DNA from: Patescibacteria group bacterium | GTDB lineage: Bacteria; Patescibacteriota; Microgenomatia; UBA10105; UBA927 | Assembly: GCA_038078675.1 (NCBI GenBank) | Contig: JBBTUC010000084.1 | Span: 1 to 37,007, forward strand | Reading direction: 5' to 3' | Length of the DNA stretch: 37,007 nucleotides | Shown: one piece after another, positions 8,370 to 17,137 of the stretch | How positions within the stretch are numbered: position 1 is the first letter of the stretch | Layout: every line of letters starts with the position of its first letter | Translations under genes and position numbers: made by a program | The notes under the pieces: generated by a model | Seen by the model: only the letters and a program-made list of their open reading frames with translations | What the model was told of the DNA's origin: nothing | The model's database searches: none

Positions 8370-8575
8370 AAACGCTCCTTCTGGCATAATACAGCCAATC
8401 GTAAAGATAGAAAACTTGCTCCCAAACTTAAGAATGTCAGCAACAATCCCCCGGCGATTGCCGTTTGTGGTGCGACAATGGGTGCTATTATGCCTCCAGC
8501 AAACCACGCAACAGCCAATTGGGTTAAAAATTCAGCGTAGACGTATCTACGGGATTCGAACCACGATGCTCTCAT
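8366..8575 (-). CDS. Candidate 69-aa two-TM membrane protein
   Basis: ORF-track entry. Two hydrophobic segments (FLTQLAVAWFAGGIIAPIV and AIAGGLLLTFLSLGASFLSL). A consensus-like promoter ends 6 nt upstream of its ATG. Confidence 0.45.
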   Translation of the reverse strand: MRASWFESRRYVYAEFLTQLAVAWFAGGIIAPIVAPQTAIAGGLLLTFLSLGASFLSLRLAVLCQKERL

Positions 8576-8581
8576 GACTTT

Positions 8582-8610
8582 ATTATCAACATCTCAAAGC
8601 CGATAGTCAA
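8582..8610 (-). promoter_or_regulatory. Candidate promoter for the antisense mini-ORF series (near-leaderless)
   Basis: On the minus strand: TTGACT (8610-8605), 17-nt spacer, GATAAT (8587-8582), then 6 nt to the ATG at 8575. Confidence 0.45.
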
Positions 8611-8670
8611 GGTAGGTTTCGGATTCTCATATTGGCTTTTCGTTCTGTGAGCGATATAGTGCGATATGCG

Positions 8671-9464
8671 ATGAAGGCCTATCTTCAGATCATCAAAGGA
8701 ACGGTAGAAGAATACGCCACGTACCGTTTGAGTTTTGTTCTTTGGCGCGTGCGTTTGGTTGTGCAACTTTTAGTTGTTTATTTTATGTGGTGGGCGATTT
8801 TTTCCGAACACAATGAGCTCTTCGGGTACACCCAGGGCGCGATGCTGACCTATGTTCTCTTCAGTTCGTTTGTCCGGCCTTTCGTCATGGGGACGCGCAC
8901 GCAGGAGGTGGCGGAATATATCAGGAGCGGGAGTTTATCCAATTATCTTCTCCGCCCCATGCGGTTTCTTGGGTTTTGTGCGTGTCGTGATATCGCCGAT
9001 AAGCTCTTAAACGTTTTTTTGCCGTATTTGAAATCATCGTATTGTATCTTTTGCTTCGGCCGTCCCTTATGATTCAGACAAACATAGTGATGATTCTCCT
9101 TGCATTCGCGGCCCTTATCATGGGAATGATACTTTTTTTCTATTTCAGTTTGCTTCTTTCCTATATGGGTTTTTGGACACCGGATGTCTGGGCACCGCGG
9201 TTTCTCTCATTTGTCTTTGCTGAGTTTTTTACCGGCGCGCTTTTTCCTCTGGATATTCTTTCGGCACCTCTCTATTTTGTCAGCCAAAGCCTACCGTTTT
9301 TTTACTTTATCTACTTTCCGCTTAAGGTCTATCTTGGGCAATTATCTTCTCTAGCCATCATACAGGGATTTTTCGTGGGGCTGTTATGGACAGTAGGATT
9401 GTGGGGTTTTGCGCGCATTGTCTGGACGCAAGGGTTACGCGCATATACGGCAGAGGGGAAATAA
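8671..9464 (+). CDS. ABC-2 family transporter permease (P3), frame broken in T7 run 9014-9020
   Basis: ORFs 8632-9072 and 9042-9464 join into one ~264-aa permease if the T7 run is read as T8 (..LLNVFFAVFEIIVLYLLLRPSLMIQ..). C-terminal RAYTAEGK tail is paralogous to P1. The ATG at 8671 is the likely start. Confidence 0.7.
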
Positions 9465-9466
9465 CT

Positions 9467-10258
9467 ATGAATTCGGTCAAGCGGTACGTCCGCATTTGGT
9501 GGAAGCTCACGATGAGTTCTTTCATGATTTCCCTTCTTAGCCGATTTAACGCGGTTGTTTTTTTTGCGGGCAAATTCCTCCGGTTTTTATTTTTTCTTGT
9601 CTTCCTCCTTACCGTTTTTACCCGAACGGAGTCTCTGGCCGGCTATACGGGTAGTCAAATGATATTTTTTTATTTATCCTTTAACCTCATCGATACGGTC
9701 ACGCAACTTTTATTTCGCGAGGTCTACCGTTTCCGTCCGCTTATCGTGAGCGGAGATTTTGATTTTGCTCTCGTCAAGCCCATGAGTCCACTGCTTCGGG
9801 TGCTCGTCGGTGGGGCAGACCCTTTAGATCTGGGCATGCTCCCTTTTTATATCTCTGCGGTCATCTATATGGCAGGGAGATTGGGATACGTGAGTGGCAT
9901 CAATATCGTATTTTATGTACTACTTTTGGTAAACGGGTTAATCATTTCTACGGGATTTCATATCCTCGTGTTAGCATTGGGGATTCTCGCGACAGAAGTG
10001 GATCACGCAATTATGATTTTTAGAGACGTTATCAACATGGGTAGAATACCGACAGATCTTTATCACGAACCACTCCGTAGCGTATTAACATTTGTCCTGC
10101 CTGTTGGTCTCATGATGACGTTTCCAGCGAAAGCCTTTATGGGACTATTATCTCCGTGGATGATACTTTTTTCCTTTGTCCTGGGCTTATTGTTTATTGT
10201 CCTCTGTCTTAAAGCATGGCGCTTTGCCCTCTCCCAATACTCCTCGGCCTCGAGCTAG
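9467..10258 (+). CDS. ABC-2 family transporter permease (P4)
   Basis: ATG lies 2 nt after the P3 stop. Polytopic, with C-terminal SQYSSASS tail paralogous to P2. Confidence 0.75.
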   Translation: MNSVKRYVRIWWKLTMSSFMISLLSRFNAVVFFAGKFLRFLFFLVFLLTVFTRTESLAGYTGSQMIFFYLSFNLIDTVTQLLFREVYRFRPLIVSGDFDFALVKPMSPLLRVLVGGADPLDLGMLPFYISAVIYMAGRLGYVSGINIVFYVLLLVNGLIISTGFHILVLALGILATEVDHAIMIFRDVINMGRIPTDLYHEPLRSVLTFVLPVGLMMTFPAKAFMGLLSPWMILFSFVLGLLFIVLCLKAWRFALSQYSSASS

Positions 10259-10305
10259 CCCTTGGGACTTGCGAGTTTTGTTGATTTCTGTATACTATAC
10301 GTACC

Positions 10306-11121
10306 ATGCCAATTAAACGGAAAGCAGTTCACAAGAAAGAAGAATCCGCCCCTGAGGACAAACCCGCAAAGACACAATTTGTTACAGAGGTTGTAGAAGA
10401 TCTGCCCGTCAATGAAGGTGTGGATGTATCGGAGGAGGCGCTTGAAACCATAAAAGAAAGTGCAGAGAAAATCGAAGAAGTAGTTGAGGAGATTCAGGAA
10501 GAAAAAAAAGAAGCCCTTTCCGAGACCCCCCCAACCGTGGAAACGGATCCGGTGGAAGAGAAAAAAGAAGAGGAGAACGAAATACTTTCGGAAATCTTTG
10601 CCAAAGAATCTTCAGCGAATGTATTTCCCGATATTACCGAGCGTAAGCGGACGAGCGCTGCTCCGGTATTTCTCTGGGCGATTATCATTATCGCGGTTGC
10701 TCTATTGACCGGTGGAATGCTTCTCGTCGTGGTCAGCGGACTACCGAAGCTCCCGACGCTTTTTGTCAAACCCACGCCTCCTGCGAAGCAGGACCTTGCT
10801 CCGCAAGGGACGCCGACGCCTACTCCGGCAGCGCCACAGCGAAGTGATATCAAAGTACAGGTCCTTAACGGTGGTGGTACCCCCGGCTCTGCCGGCAAGG
10901 CCAAAACGTTTTTGGAGGAAAAAGGCTACAGCGTCGCTGACGTCGGCAACACTCCCGAGTACACGTATGCAAAGACGGAAATCCTCGTTAAGTCGGGAAA
11001 AGATGCGTATCTTGAGTTTCTCAAAGCAGATCTTGCAGATGAATATACCATCGGTACTGCTGCTGCCACATTGCCGGAGGATATAGCCTTCGACGCTCAA
11101 GTCATCGTCGGGAAAAAATAG
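10306..11121 (+). CDS. Membrane-anchored protein with C-terminal LytR_C (LytR cell-envelope-related C-terminal) domain
   Basis: Acidic E/K-rich N-terminal part, one TM helix (VFLWAIIIIAVALLTGGMLLVVV), a Pro-rich linker, then IKVQVLNGGGTPGSAGKAKTFLEEKGYSV...AQVIVG, typical of LytR_C. Confidence 0.7.
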   Translation: MPIKRKAVHKKEESAPEDKPAKTQFVTEVVEDLPVNEGVDVSEEALETIKESAEKIEEVVEEIQEEKKEALSETPPTVETDPVEEKKEEENEILSEIFAKESSANVFPDITERKRTSAAPVFLWAIIIIAVALLTGGMLLVVVSGLPKLPTLFVKPTPPAKQDLAPQGTPTPTPAAPQRSDIKVQVLNGGGTPGSAGKAKTFLEEKGYSVADVGNTPEYTYAKTEILVKSGKDAYLEFLKADLADEYTIGTAAATLPEDIAFDAQVIVGKK

Positions 11122-11127
11122 ACACGA

Positions 11128-11874
11128 ATGAAGTATAAAGCGTTATTTCTCGACCTCGACGGTACCACGATTCCCAATAAGCGTGACGGCATGCCTTCTC
11201 CGCACGTGACCGAGGCTATACATAAGGCGAAGAAACACGTTTTTGTCTGTATCGCTACCAGCCGGCCTCTATTTATCGCCAGACACATCATAGACCATTT
11301 GGATATCCGTGGACTTTGTTCCGTCAACGATTCTACCCAAATCTATGACCCTGTTAAAAAGAAATTTTTACAGACGATTTATATCGATAGTATCTGTATT
11401 CCTAAAATTATGCGGATTGCCAAACGATTTGGTGTGAAGCTGGTGATGAATAACGGACGGAGTGAAAGGATAGCGGGAGAAGGATGGAAGAAAACGAAAG
11501 TTTGTTCTCTTTATATCCCGTCCGTCGCTCCGGAGATTGCAGAGAGAATCATAGAAGATCTGACAAAGATTCCTAATATTGCCGTTCATAAAATATTATC
11601 TTGGACCAAAGGAGAGATAAGTATCAGCATGAGTCATATAACGGCGACGAAACTCCATAGTGTTGTGCGGGTCGCAGAGCTTCTTGGGGTAAAAACAGAA
11701 GAAATGATCGGGGTGGGCGACGGGTACAACGATTATCCACTCCTTTCCGCCTGTGGCCTGAAAATCGCCATGGGTAATGCTGCCCCGGAGCTTAAAGCAA
11801 TCGCTGATTTCATCGCGCCTACAGTCGACGAAGACGGGGTTGCAACAGTTATAGAAAAATTTATTTTATCATGA
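11128..11874 (+). CDS. HAD-IIB (Cof-type) family hydrolase
   Basis: Motif I FLDLDGTT and motif IV GVGDGYNDYPLL, plus Cof-like C-terminal NAAPELKAIADFIAPTVDEDGVA. Confidence 0.85.
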   Translation: MKYKALFLDLDGTTIPNKRDGMPSPHVTEAIHKAKKHVFVCIATSRPLFIARHIIDHLDIRGLCSVNDSTQIYDPVKKKFLQTIYIDSICIPKIMRIAKRFGVKLVMNNGRSERIAGEGWKKTKVCSLYIPSVAPEIAERIIEDLTKIPNIAVHKILSWTKGEISISMSHITATKLHSVVRVAELLGVKTEEMIGVGDGYNDYPLLSACGLKIAMGNAAPELKAIADFIAPTVDEDGVATVIEKFILS

Positions 11875-13061
11875 AATACTGGATAGTCACGTTCGGATGC
11901 GCTGCAAATGAGGCGGATAGCGAGCGGATCGCGAGTATCTATGCGGCAAGGGGATATAAAAAGGCGCGCTCAATGCGTCTTGCCGACGACGTGATTATCA
12001 ATACCTGTATGATTCGGGAGAAAGCGGAAAATCGTGTCTACGGGCTCGTCCACAACCTCACTCTGGAGAAACAAAAAGGGAGGAGCATCAAAATTGTCGT
12101 TACGGGTTGCATGGTAGGGATGGCGACGCGGGAAAAAACCGGTAAGATGCTTGGGGGTCTCAAAAAGAAAATGCCCGGAGTTGACGAATTTTTGCCCATT
12201 GAAGAAGTCGGTTTTGACCACGCGCCCATCCGTACGGACAAAAATCACGCATTGGTTCCGATTACGAACGGGTGTAATAATTTTTGTACGTTTTGTGTCG
12301 TCCCTTTTACGCGCGGGAGGGAGGTTAGCCGGCCATTTGAAGATATTCTTATGGAATGTCATGAGGTAACCCGGCAGGGTATTGCCCACGTGACGCTCGT
12401 CGGTCAAAACGTCAATTCCTATGGAGCGGATTTATTGCTCGGCGGTGTCATTCCCGCGAAAGCGGGAATCCAGTGGAGAAAAAAGACTGGATCCCCGATC
12501 AGGTCGGGGATGACAAAGAGGGTTACATACGTTTCGCACCTTGGACGACTTCGGATTCCCACACTGTTTCCGAATCTGCTTGAGGAAATCTGCAAGATTG
12601 CGGGGATTGAATCCCTTGACTTTATCTCGAGTAACCCGTGGGATTTTTCTGATGAACTCATCGGGGTTATCAGAGCAAACCCCAAGATTTCCCGCCACAT
12701 CCATTTACCGGTTCAGTCTGGAGATAACGAAGTGCTGCGTCGGATGAACCGGTGGTACACTCGTGAAGAATATCTGAGCTTGGTGAAAAAACTGAGAGAG
12801 AATATACCCAGAGTTACTCTGTCAACGGATATCATTGTCGGTTTTTGTGGGGAGAGCGATGATCAATTCCAAAGCACTGTCGACCTTGCAATAGAAGTGG
12901 GGTTTACCAAAGCATATGTGGCGATGTATTCTGACCGGCCCATGACGGCCGCCCACAAAGCGTATATTGATGATGTACCACACGGAGAAAAAAAACGCCG
13001 ATGGCAAATTTTAGAAGATCTGATAAATAAGACAAATCTTAAAGCAGGTACATATCAATGA
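11871..13061 (+). CDS. miaB: tRNA methylthiotransferase MiaB-like (radical SAM)
   Basis: N-terminal MTTase Cys residues (FGCAANE, NTCMIREKAE, VTGCM) and radical-SAM CNNFCTFC. Adjacent to miaA. It is short at the C-terminus (no clear TRAM domain) and carries a repeat-derived in-frame insertion. Confidence 0.8.
   Translation: MKYWIVTFGCAANEADSERIASIYAARGYKKARSMRLADDVIINTCMIREKAENRVYGLVHNLTLEKQKGRSIKIVVTGCMVGMATREKTGKMLGGLKKKMPGVDEFLPIEEVGFDHAPIRTDKNHALVPITNGCNNFCTFCVVPFTRGREVSRPFEDILMECHEVTRQGIAHVTLVGQNVNSYGADLLLGGVIPAKAGIQWRKKTGSPIRSGMTKRVTYVSHLGRLRIPTLFPNLLEEICKIAGIESLDFISSNPWDFSDELIGVIRANPKISRHIHLPVQSGDNEVLRRMNRWYTREEYLSLVKKLRENIPRVTLSTDIIVGFCGESDDQFQSTVDLAIEVGFTKAYVAMYSDRPMTAAHKAYIDDVPHGEKKRRWQILEDLINKTNLKAGTYQ
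12447..12514. repeat. Composite (head-to-head) pair of GTCAT-hairpin elements inside miaB
   Basis: gtcattcccgcgaaagcgggaatccag (12447-12473) plus the inverted copy ctggatccccgatcaggtcggggatgac (12487-12514). Translated in frame as VIPAKAGIQWRKKTGSPIRSGMT. Confidence 0.85.
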
Positions 13062-13065
13062 TTTT

Positions 13066-13164
13066 GTCATTGCGAGGAGTCCCGCCGGGCGGGACGACGT
13101 GGCAATCCCACAAAAGAGATTGCTTCGCTTGCGCTCGCAATGACATCGAAGTGCTCGCAATGAC
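13066..13164. repeat. GTCATTGCGAGG...CTCGCAATGAC hairpin repeat (copy 2, duplicated right terminus)
   Basis: Same termini and inner ggcaatc/gattgc pairing as 5537-5619. ctcgcaatgac occurs twice (13134-13144 and 13154-13164). It fills the miaB-miaA spacer. Confidence 0.85.
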
Positions 13165-13172
13165 ATTACACG

Positions 13173-14027
13173 ATGAATAAATTACTCATCATTTGCGGTC
13201 CGACGGGGACGGGGAAGACCAAGCTTGCCTTGACCTTAGCGAAAAAATTCAATGGTGAGCTCGTAAACGCCGATTCCCGGCAGGTCTACAAAGGACTCGA
13301 TGCGCTTACCGGGAAGGATCGTTCGAATGAAGTATCGATTTGGTTATATGATGTCGCGGCCACGGATGAAGTGTTCTCTGTTTCTCACTTTGTAAGGATC
13401 GCGCATCACGCAATAGGTGATGTACACAAGCGGGAGCGATTGCCGATCATTGTTGGCGGGACAGGTTTTTATCTGCGCGCGCTCACGACTGCAATTGATA
13501 CAATTGCGATACCCCCAAATCCGATTCTTCGAAAGACACTCAATGCTAAATCTCCGGAAGCGCTTGGGCGGCAGCTACAACGCGTTGATCAAGCTCGGTG
13601 GGGGACAATGAATGAATCGGATCGGAAAAACCCGCGACGGCTCATTCGGGCAATTGAAGTAGCCATGTCAGAATCACATGTTCCGTCTATCAGGCCAAGT
13701 TACGACGCACTTTGGGTTGGCCTTACAACTTTTTTACCGGTTCTCAAAGAGCGGATTGCCCAGCGTGTGTCCGGGCGTTTTGATAAAGCCGCAACCGAAG
13801 TTCGTGAAGGCTTGCCCCCAATACTGGGAGTGGACCCGCTCCTCTCATTTGTGCATGGCGAAAGCACGAAAGAAGAAGCGCTCAAGGAGTGGGCTCAAGC
13901 GGAATATCAGTACGCCAAACGTCAGATGACATGGTTTCGGAAAGAAAAGAGAATCCGTTGGTTTGATGCGTTGGAGCGGAATTTGACGGAGCAGGTTATT
14001 GACGTTGTTAAAGCGTGGTATACTTAA
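13173..14027 (+). CDS. miaA: tRNA dimethylallyltransferase
   Basis: P-loop GPTGTGKT, then NADSRQVYKGLD, GGTGFYL and a YAKRQMTWFR C-terminal motif. Confidence 0.9.
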   Translation: MNKLLIICGPTGTGKTKLALTLAKKFNGELVNADSRQVYKGLDALTGKDRSNEVSIWLYDVAATDEVFSVSHFVRIAHHAIGDVHKRERLPIIVGGTGFYLRALTTAIDTIAIPPNPILRKTLNAKSPEALGRQLQRVDQARWGTMNESDRKNPRRLIRAIEVAMSESHVPSIRPSYDALWVGLTTFLPVLKERIAQRVSGRFDKAATEVREGLPPILGVDPLLSFVHGESTKEEALKEWAQAEYQYAKRQMTWFRKEKRIRWFDALERNLTEQVIDVVKAWYT

Positions 14028-14030
14028 GAT

Positions 14031-15005
14031 ATGACTTCCAAGATTGAAATTTCCCATAGGACTATTATTTTTACCGTCATTTTTCTTCTTGCTCTGTGGG
14101 TGCTATTTCAGATTAAAGATATTCTGTTTCTCATTTTTATTGCCTTCATTCTCATGACAGCGCTTCGTCCCTTGGTAGATTGGCTGGTATGGGCACGGAT
14201 TCCGAGGGTATTGGCGATACTTTTGATATATGCGATAGTTTTTGGCTTTTTCGGAGTGTCGTTTGCCGGAACCATACCCTCGCTCGTTATCCAATCCACC
14301 AAGTTTGTACAGGAGCTCCCGACATTCTTGGAGAAAGTGCTTCCTTACTGGAATATCGACGCGCGCAGCCTTTCGCAGCAAATTGCACCGATAAGTGAAA
14401 ACATTCTTAAACTTACCTTGGGTATATTTTCTAATCTCCTGACTACTCTGACGGTATTGGTCTTTACCTTTTATTTCCTGCTCGATCGCAATAAACTTGA
14501 AAGTTTACTTACCAATACCATGGGTGAAGACGCCGCAGAGCGCATTATTATGACCGTCAAAGACGTCGAGGTGCGTCTGGGCGCCTGGGTCAACGGTGAG
14601 CTTTTTCTCATGGGGCTGGTCGGCGTGTCCGTTTACCTCGGACTCGTCCTTCTCCATGTAGACTTTGCCCTGCCGCTTGCCATCATCGCGGGGGTTTTAG
14701 AGATTATACCGATGATCGGTCCCATTGCCTCGGCAATACCGGCGGTATTGGTAGCCCTTACCTTGTCGCCGTTTCTCGCCCTTTCCGTTGTGGCACTCTA
14801 TTTTATTGTTCAGCAGGTGGAAAATAATATTTTTGTTCCGCTGATATTTCGAAAGAGCGTGGGGCTTTCTCCCATAGTGACCATCTTTGCACTTATGGTT
14901 GGAGGAAGACTTGCTGGTGTTGTGGGAGCGATTTTGGCAGTACCGATTGTTTTAGTGTTGCAGGTTGTCCTTCATGCGTTTCTTTTTTCCCCGCAGAAGA
15001 AATAG
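14031..15005 (+). CDS. AI-2E family transporter (PerM/UPF0118)
   Basis: Polytopic membrane protein with the conserved LEIIPMIGPIASAIPAVLVAL block typical of the family. Confidence 0.8.
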   Translation: MTSKIEISHRTIIFTVIFLLALWVLFQIKDILFLIFIAFILMTALRPLVDWLVWARIPRVLAILLIYAIVFGFFGVSFAGTIPSLVIQSTKFVQELPTFLEKVLPYWNIDARSLSQQIAPISENILKLTLGIFSNLLTTLTVLVFTFYFLLDRNKLESLLTNTMGEDAAERIIMTVKDVEVRLGAWVNGELFLMGLVGVSVYLGLVLLHVDFALPLAIIAGVLEIIPMIGPIASAIPAVLVALTLSPFLALSVVALYFIVQQVENNIFVPLIFRKSVGLSPIVTIFALMVGGRLAGVVGAILAVPIVLVLQVVLHAFLFSPQKK

Positions 15006-15015
15006 AATATATCCT

Positions 15016-16638
15016 TTATATCTCTATAACTTCCCCTCCCATTTGATTAATAAAGTATGTGTCATGAGAGATATAAAGGATTCCTCCGCCAAAGGCGCTA
15101 AGCGCCTTTTCAAGTTCTTCGATCGAGGGTAAATCCAGATGATTTGTAGGTTCGTCTAAGATAAGGAGATTTGGTTTTGCGGCGAACATTTTTATGAGTT
15201 GAAAACGGGCCTTTTGTCCACCTGAAAGATTTATAATTTTTTGTCGCCCGTCTATAATCGGATCAAATAAATACTGCGCAAGTAAACTTTTGACCTGCCT
15301 GTCTTCCATGGGGATTCCCATTTCTGAATAGTACAAGACAATGGCTTCTTCTAGGGACATCAAAAGATATTTTTCACTAATTTCTTGTTCATACTCTCCT
15401 ATGCGCAAGCGCGTACCCAGTTTTATTTCGCCGGTCATTTGTTTGGCGCTCGGAACTTTCTGTTTTGTGAGGGAAAGGATCGTTCGAACGATGGTGGTTT
15501 TTCCGGCGCCATTTCTCCCTTTTATCAACATTCGATCGTCATTTTTCAGAGAAAAGGTTATGCCGGAAAATAGAGGCGTACTATAGCCTAAGGAAAGTTT
15601 CTTCACCGAGATGAGATCGCTCACCCGTTCCTTGGTGGTGTGGATTGCGATCGAAATATTTTTTTCTTTAAATTTATGATAGGAATCCAACACTCTTTTA
15701 TCGAGGGATTCAACAGAATTTTGATCAATCCAGAAGGACGGCTTGACTGTTTCAGCTTTAATTTTTTCATAGTCTCGTAGCCAATGTTCATACCGTATCT
15801 TCCATGCTTTGCTTTTTGCCCGCATCTGGAGGCCCCATTCTACGCGCTTACGCGCTTCTTTCAGCCGATTTAATTGGTCAGAGTACAGTTTGACGGAGTT
15901 TGTCGTTTGTGTTGCGTTTTGCGCGATATACTGGTCATAGTTTCCATCATAAACAGAAAGTTTTTTGTCTTTTAATTCGATTATTTTTGTCACATGTTTT
16001 AATACATCCCGGTCGTGTGTTACAATAACAACGCTTTCTCGGATTTCCTTCATCCAGGAAATAAATTGCTCTTTCCCTAAATAATCCATATGGTTAGTCG
16101 GTTCATCAATTAAAAAAAGATCAGACTGTGAATACATGAGTCGGGTCAGCTCTACATATCGTTTTTCTCCACCCGAGAGTTTGGAGAGCGGAAGTTGCGA
16201 TTGTTCATTGGAAATTTGAAAGCCCGAAAGTGTCCCAAGGATTAAGTCTTTTTTGTAGAAATAGCCATTTTGAGCAAATCGTTCCAGTGCTTCCGAATAC
16301 CGAGGGATATCCGTGAGAAGCCCCCTTTCAAAATCATGAAGTATTTTTTCGAGTGAATAATAATCAGGGACACTTTTTAGTATGTATGTCAGCGCAGATT
16401 GTTGAGTATCCTCGATATGTTCCTGTTTAGTGAGTGTTACCCGGAGATTTTTTCGAGTTATGACCGTCCCGTCAAAATCGGTATCTTCACCCGCTAAAAT
16501 TTTAAGCAGGGTCGTTTTTCCTTGGCCATTGCGTCCGATCAGAGCAATTTTTTCCCTCGTATCGATCGTAAATGTCAAATCCTTAAAAAGATCCTTTGGC
16601 CCGATAGATTTAGATAGATTAGTAGTTTCGAGTAACAT
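15016..16638 (-). CDS. ABC-F family ATPase (two tandem ABC domains, no TM domain)
   Basis: Two Walker A motifs (GRNGQGKTT, GRNGAGKTT), two signatures (LSGGEKRY, LSGGQKAR) and two Walker B motifs (LFLIDEPTNHMD, LLILDEPTNHLD), with a charged inter-domain linker. Confidence 0.9.
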   Translation of the reverse strand: MLLETTNLSKSIGPKDLFKDLTFTIDTREKIALIGRNGQGKTTLLKILAGEDTDFDGTVITRKNLRVTLTKQEHIEDTQQSALTYILKSVPDYYSLEKILHDFERGLLTDIPRYSEALERFAQNGYFYKKDLILGTLSGFQISNEQSQLPLSKLSGGEKRYVELTRLMYSQSDLFLIDEPTNHMDYLGKEQFISWMKEIRESVVIVTHDRDVLKHVTKIIELKDKKLSVYDGNYDQYIAQNATQTTNSVKLYSDQLNRLKEARKRVEWGLQMRAKSKAWKIRYEHWLRDYEKIKAETVKPSFWIDQNSVESLDKRVLDSYHKFKEKNISIAIHTTKERVSDLISVKKLSLGYSTPLFSGITFSLKNDDRMLIKGRNGAGKTTIVRTILSLTKQKVPSAKQMTGEIKLGTRLRIGEYEQEISEKYLLMSLEEAIVLYYSEMGIPMEDRQVKSLLAQYLFDPIIDGRQKIINLSGGQKARFQLIKMFAAKPNLLILDEPTNHLDLPSIEELEKALSAFGGGILYISHDTYFINQMGGEVIEI

Positions 16639-16670
16639 AATGATTTATACATATACCATTATAGGATTAC

Positions 16671-16701
16671 AAAAAAGATCCTCATTGAGAGGATCTTTTT
16701 T
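16671..16701. terminator. Bidirectional rho-independent terminator (ends rnpB on the minus strand)
   Basis: AAAAAA-GATCCTC-attga-GAGGATC-TTTTTT. A perfect 7-bp stem flanked by an A-run and a T-run. Confidence 0.75.
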
Positions 16702-17074
16702 GTGCACACTGGCATCTCATAAGCCAGATTCTGTTTTTAGTCGCTCATTTCTCTAGGCCCGTAAACTTCTCCCCGCCTCCCTTGTGGGATATTTTGAATG
16801 CGTATTTATGGCGGGGAAATCGCCGGTTGCAGCGGGTGGGATTGCCAGCGTTTCACCCATCGACCATAGCCGTCAGGCTACAGGTTGATGATCGTCTCTG
16901 TGGCTCTCTCATCCTGTCAGTTCAGGAATCGTTTCCCTCGATTTTCATCTGGGGGATCACCAGTCCCGACGTTACGTCGGAATCAGTGCTTACGCACAGT
17001 CCCCTGCATTCTGCTGTCTGGACTTTCCTGGGGGTGCCATACGGTACCCCCCGAGCGTCCGGATGCCAATGTGC
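16702..17074 (-). ncRNA. rnpB: RNase P RNA (bacterial type A)
   Basis: Minus strand contains AGGAAAGTCCAGAC (CR-I), ATGGGTGAAACG, GGGCCTAGAGAAATGAGCGAC and ACAGAATCTGGCTTAT (CR-V), closely parallel to E. coli M1 RNA blocks. P1 pairing is GCACATTGGCATC (17074-17062) with GATGCCAGTGTGC (16716-16704). An extended -10 TGGTATAAT lies at 17089-17081, 6 nt upstream of the P1 start. Confidence 0.9.
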
Positions 17075-17137
17075 GAAACAATTATACCATAAACCTGGCT
17101 CTTGTGCGCCCTGCAGCGGGGCTATACTAAGTAATTC

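Noticed and set aside
8205-8540. 111-aa plus-strand ORF in the inter-permease region
   Set aside because: It has no start context or motif. It is antisense to the three mini-ORFs, which have promoter, RBS and coupling signals. Judged the less likely coding strand, though neither is proven.
8549-8566. GGTTCGAATCC (tRNA T-loop-like) on the minus strand near the start of the 69-aa ORF
   Set aside because: The flanking bases do not form a T-stem or acceptor stem, and no cloverleaf can be drawn. It may be a relic tRNA/att fragment but is not callable as a tRNA.
10484-11100. Several overlapping alternative-frame ORFs (74, 124, 136 and 119 aa) within the LytR_C gene region
   Set aside because: These are low-complexity K/R/S-rich translations of the E/K-rich and Pro-rich coding segments. 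The 271-aa frame carries the TM helix and the LytR_C motif.
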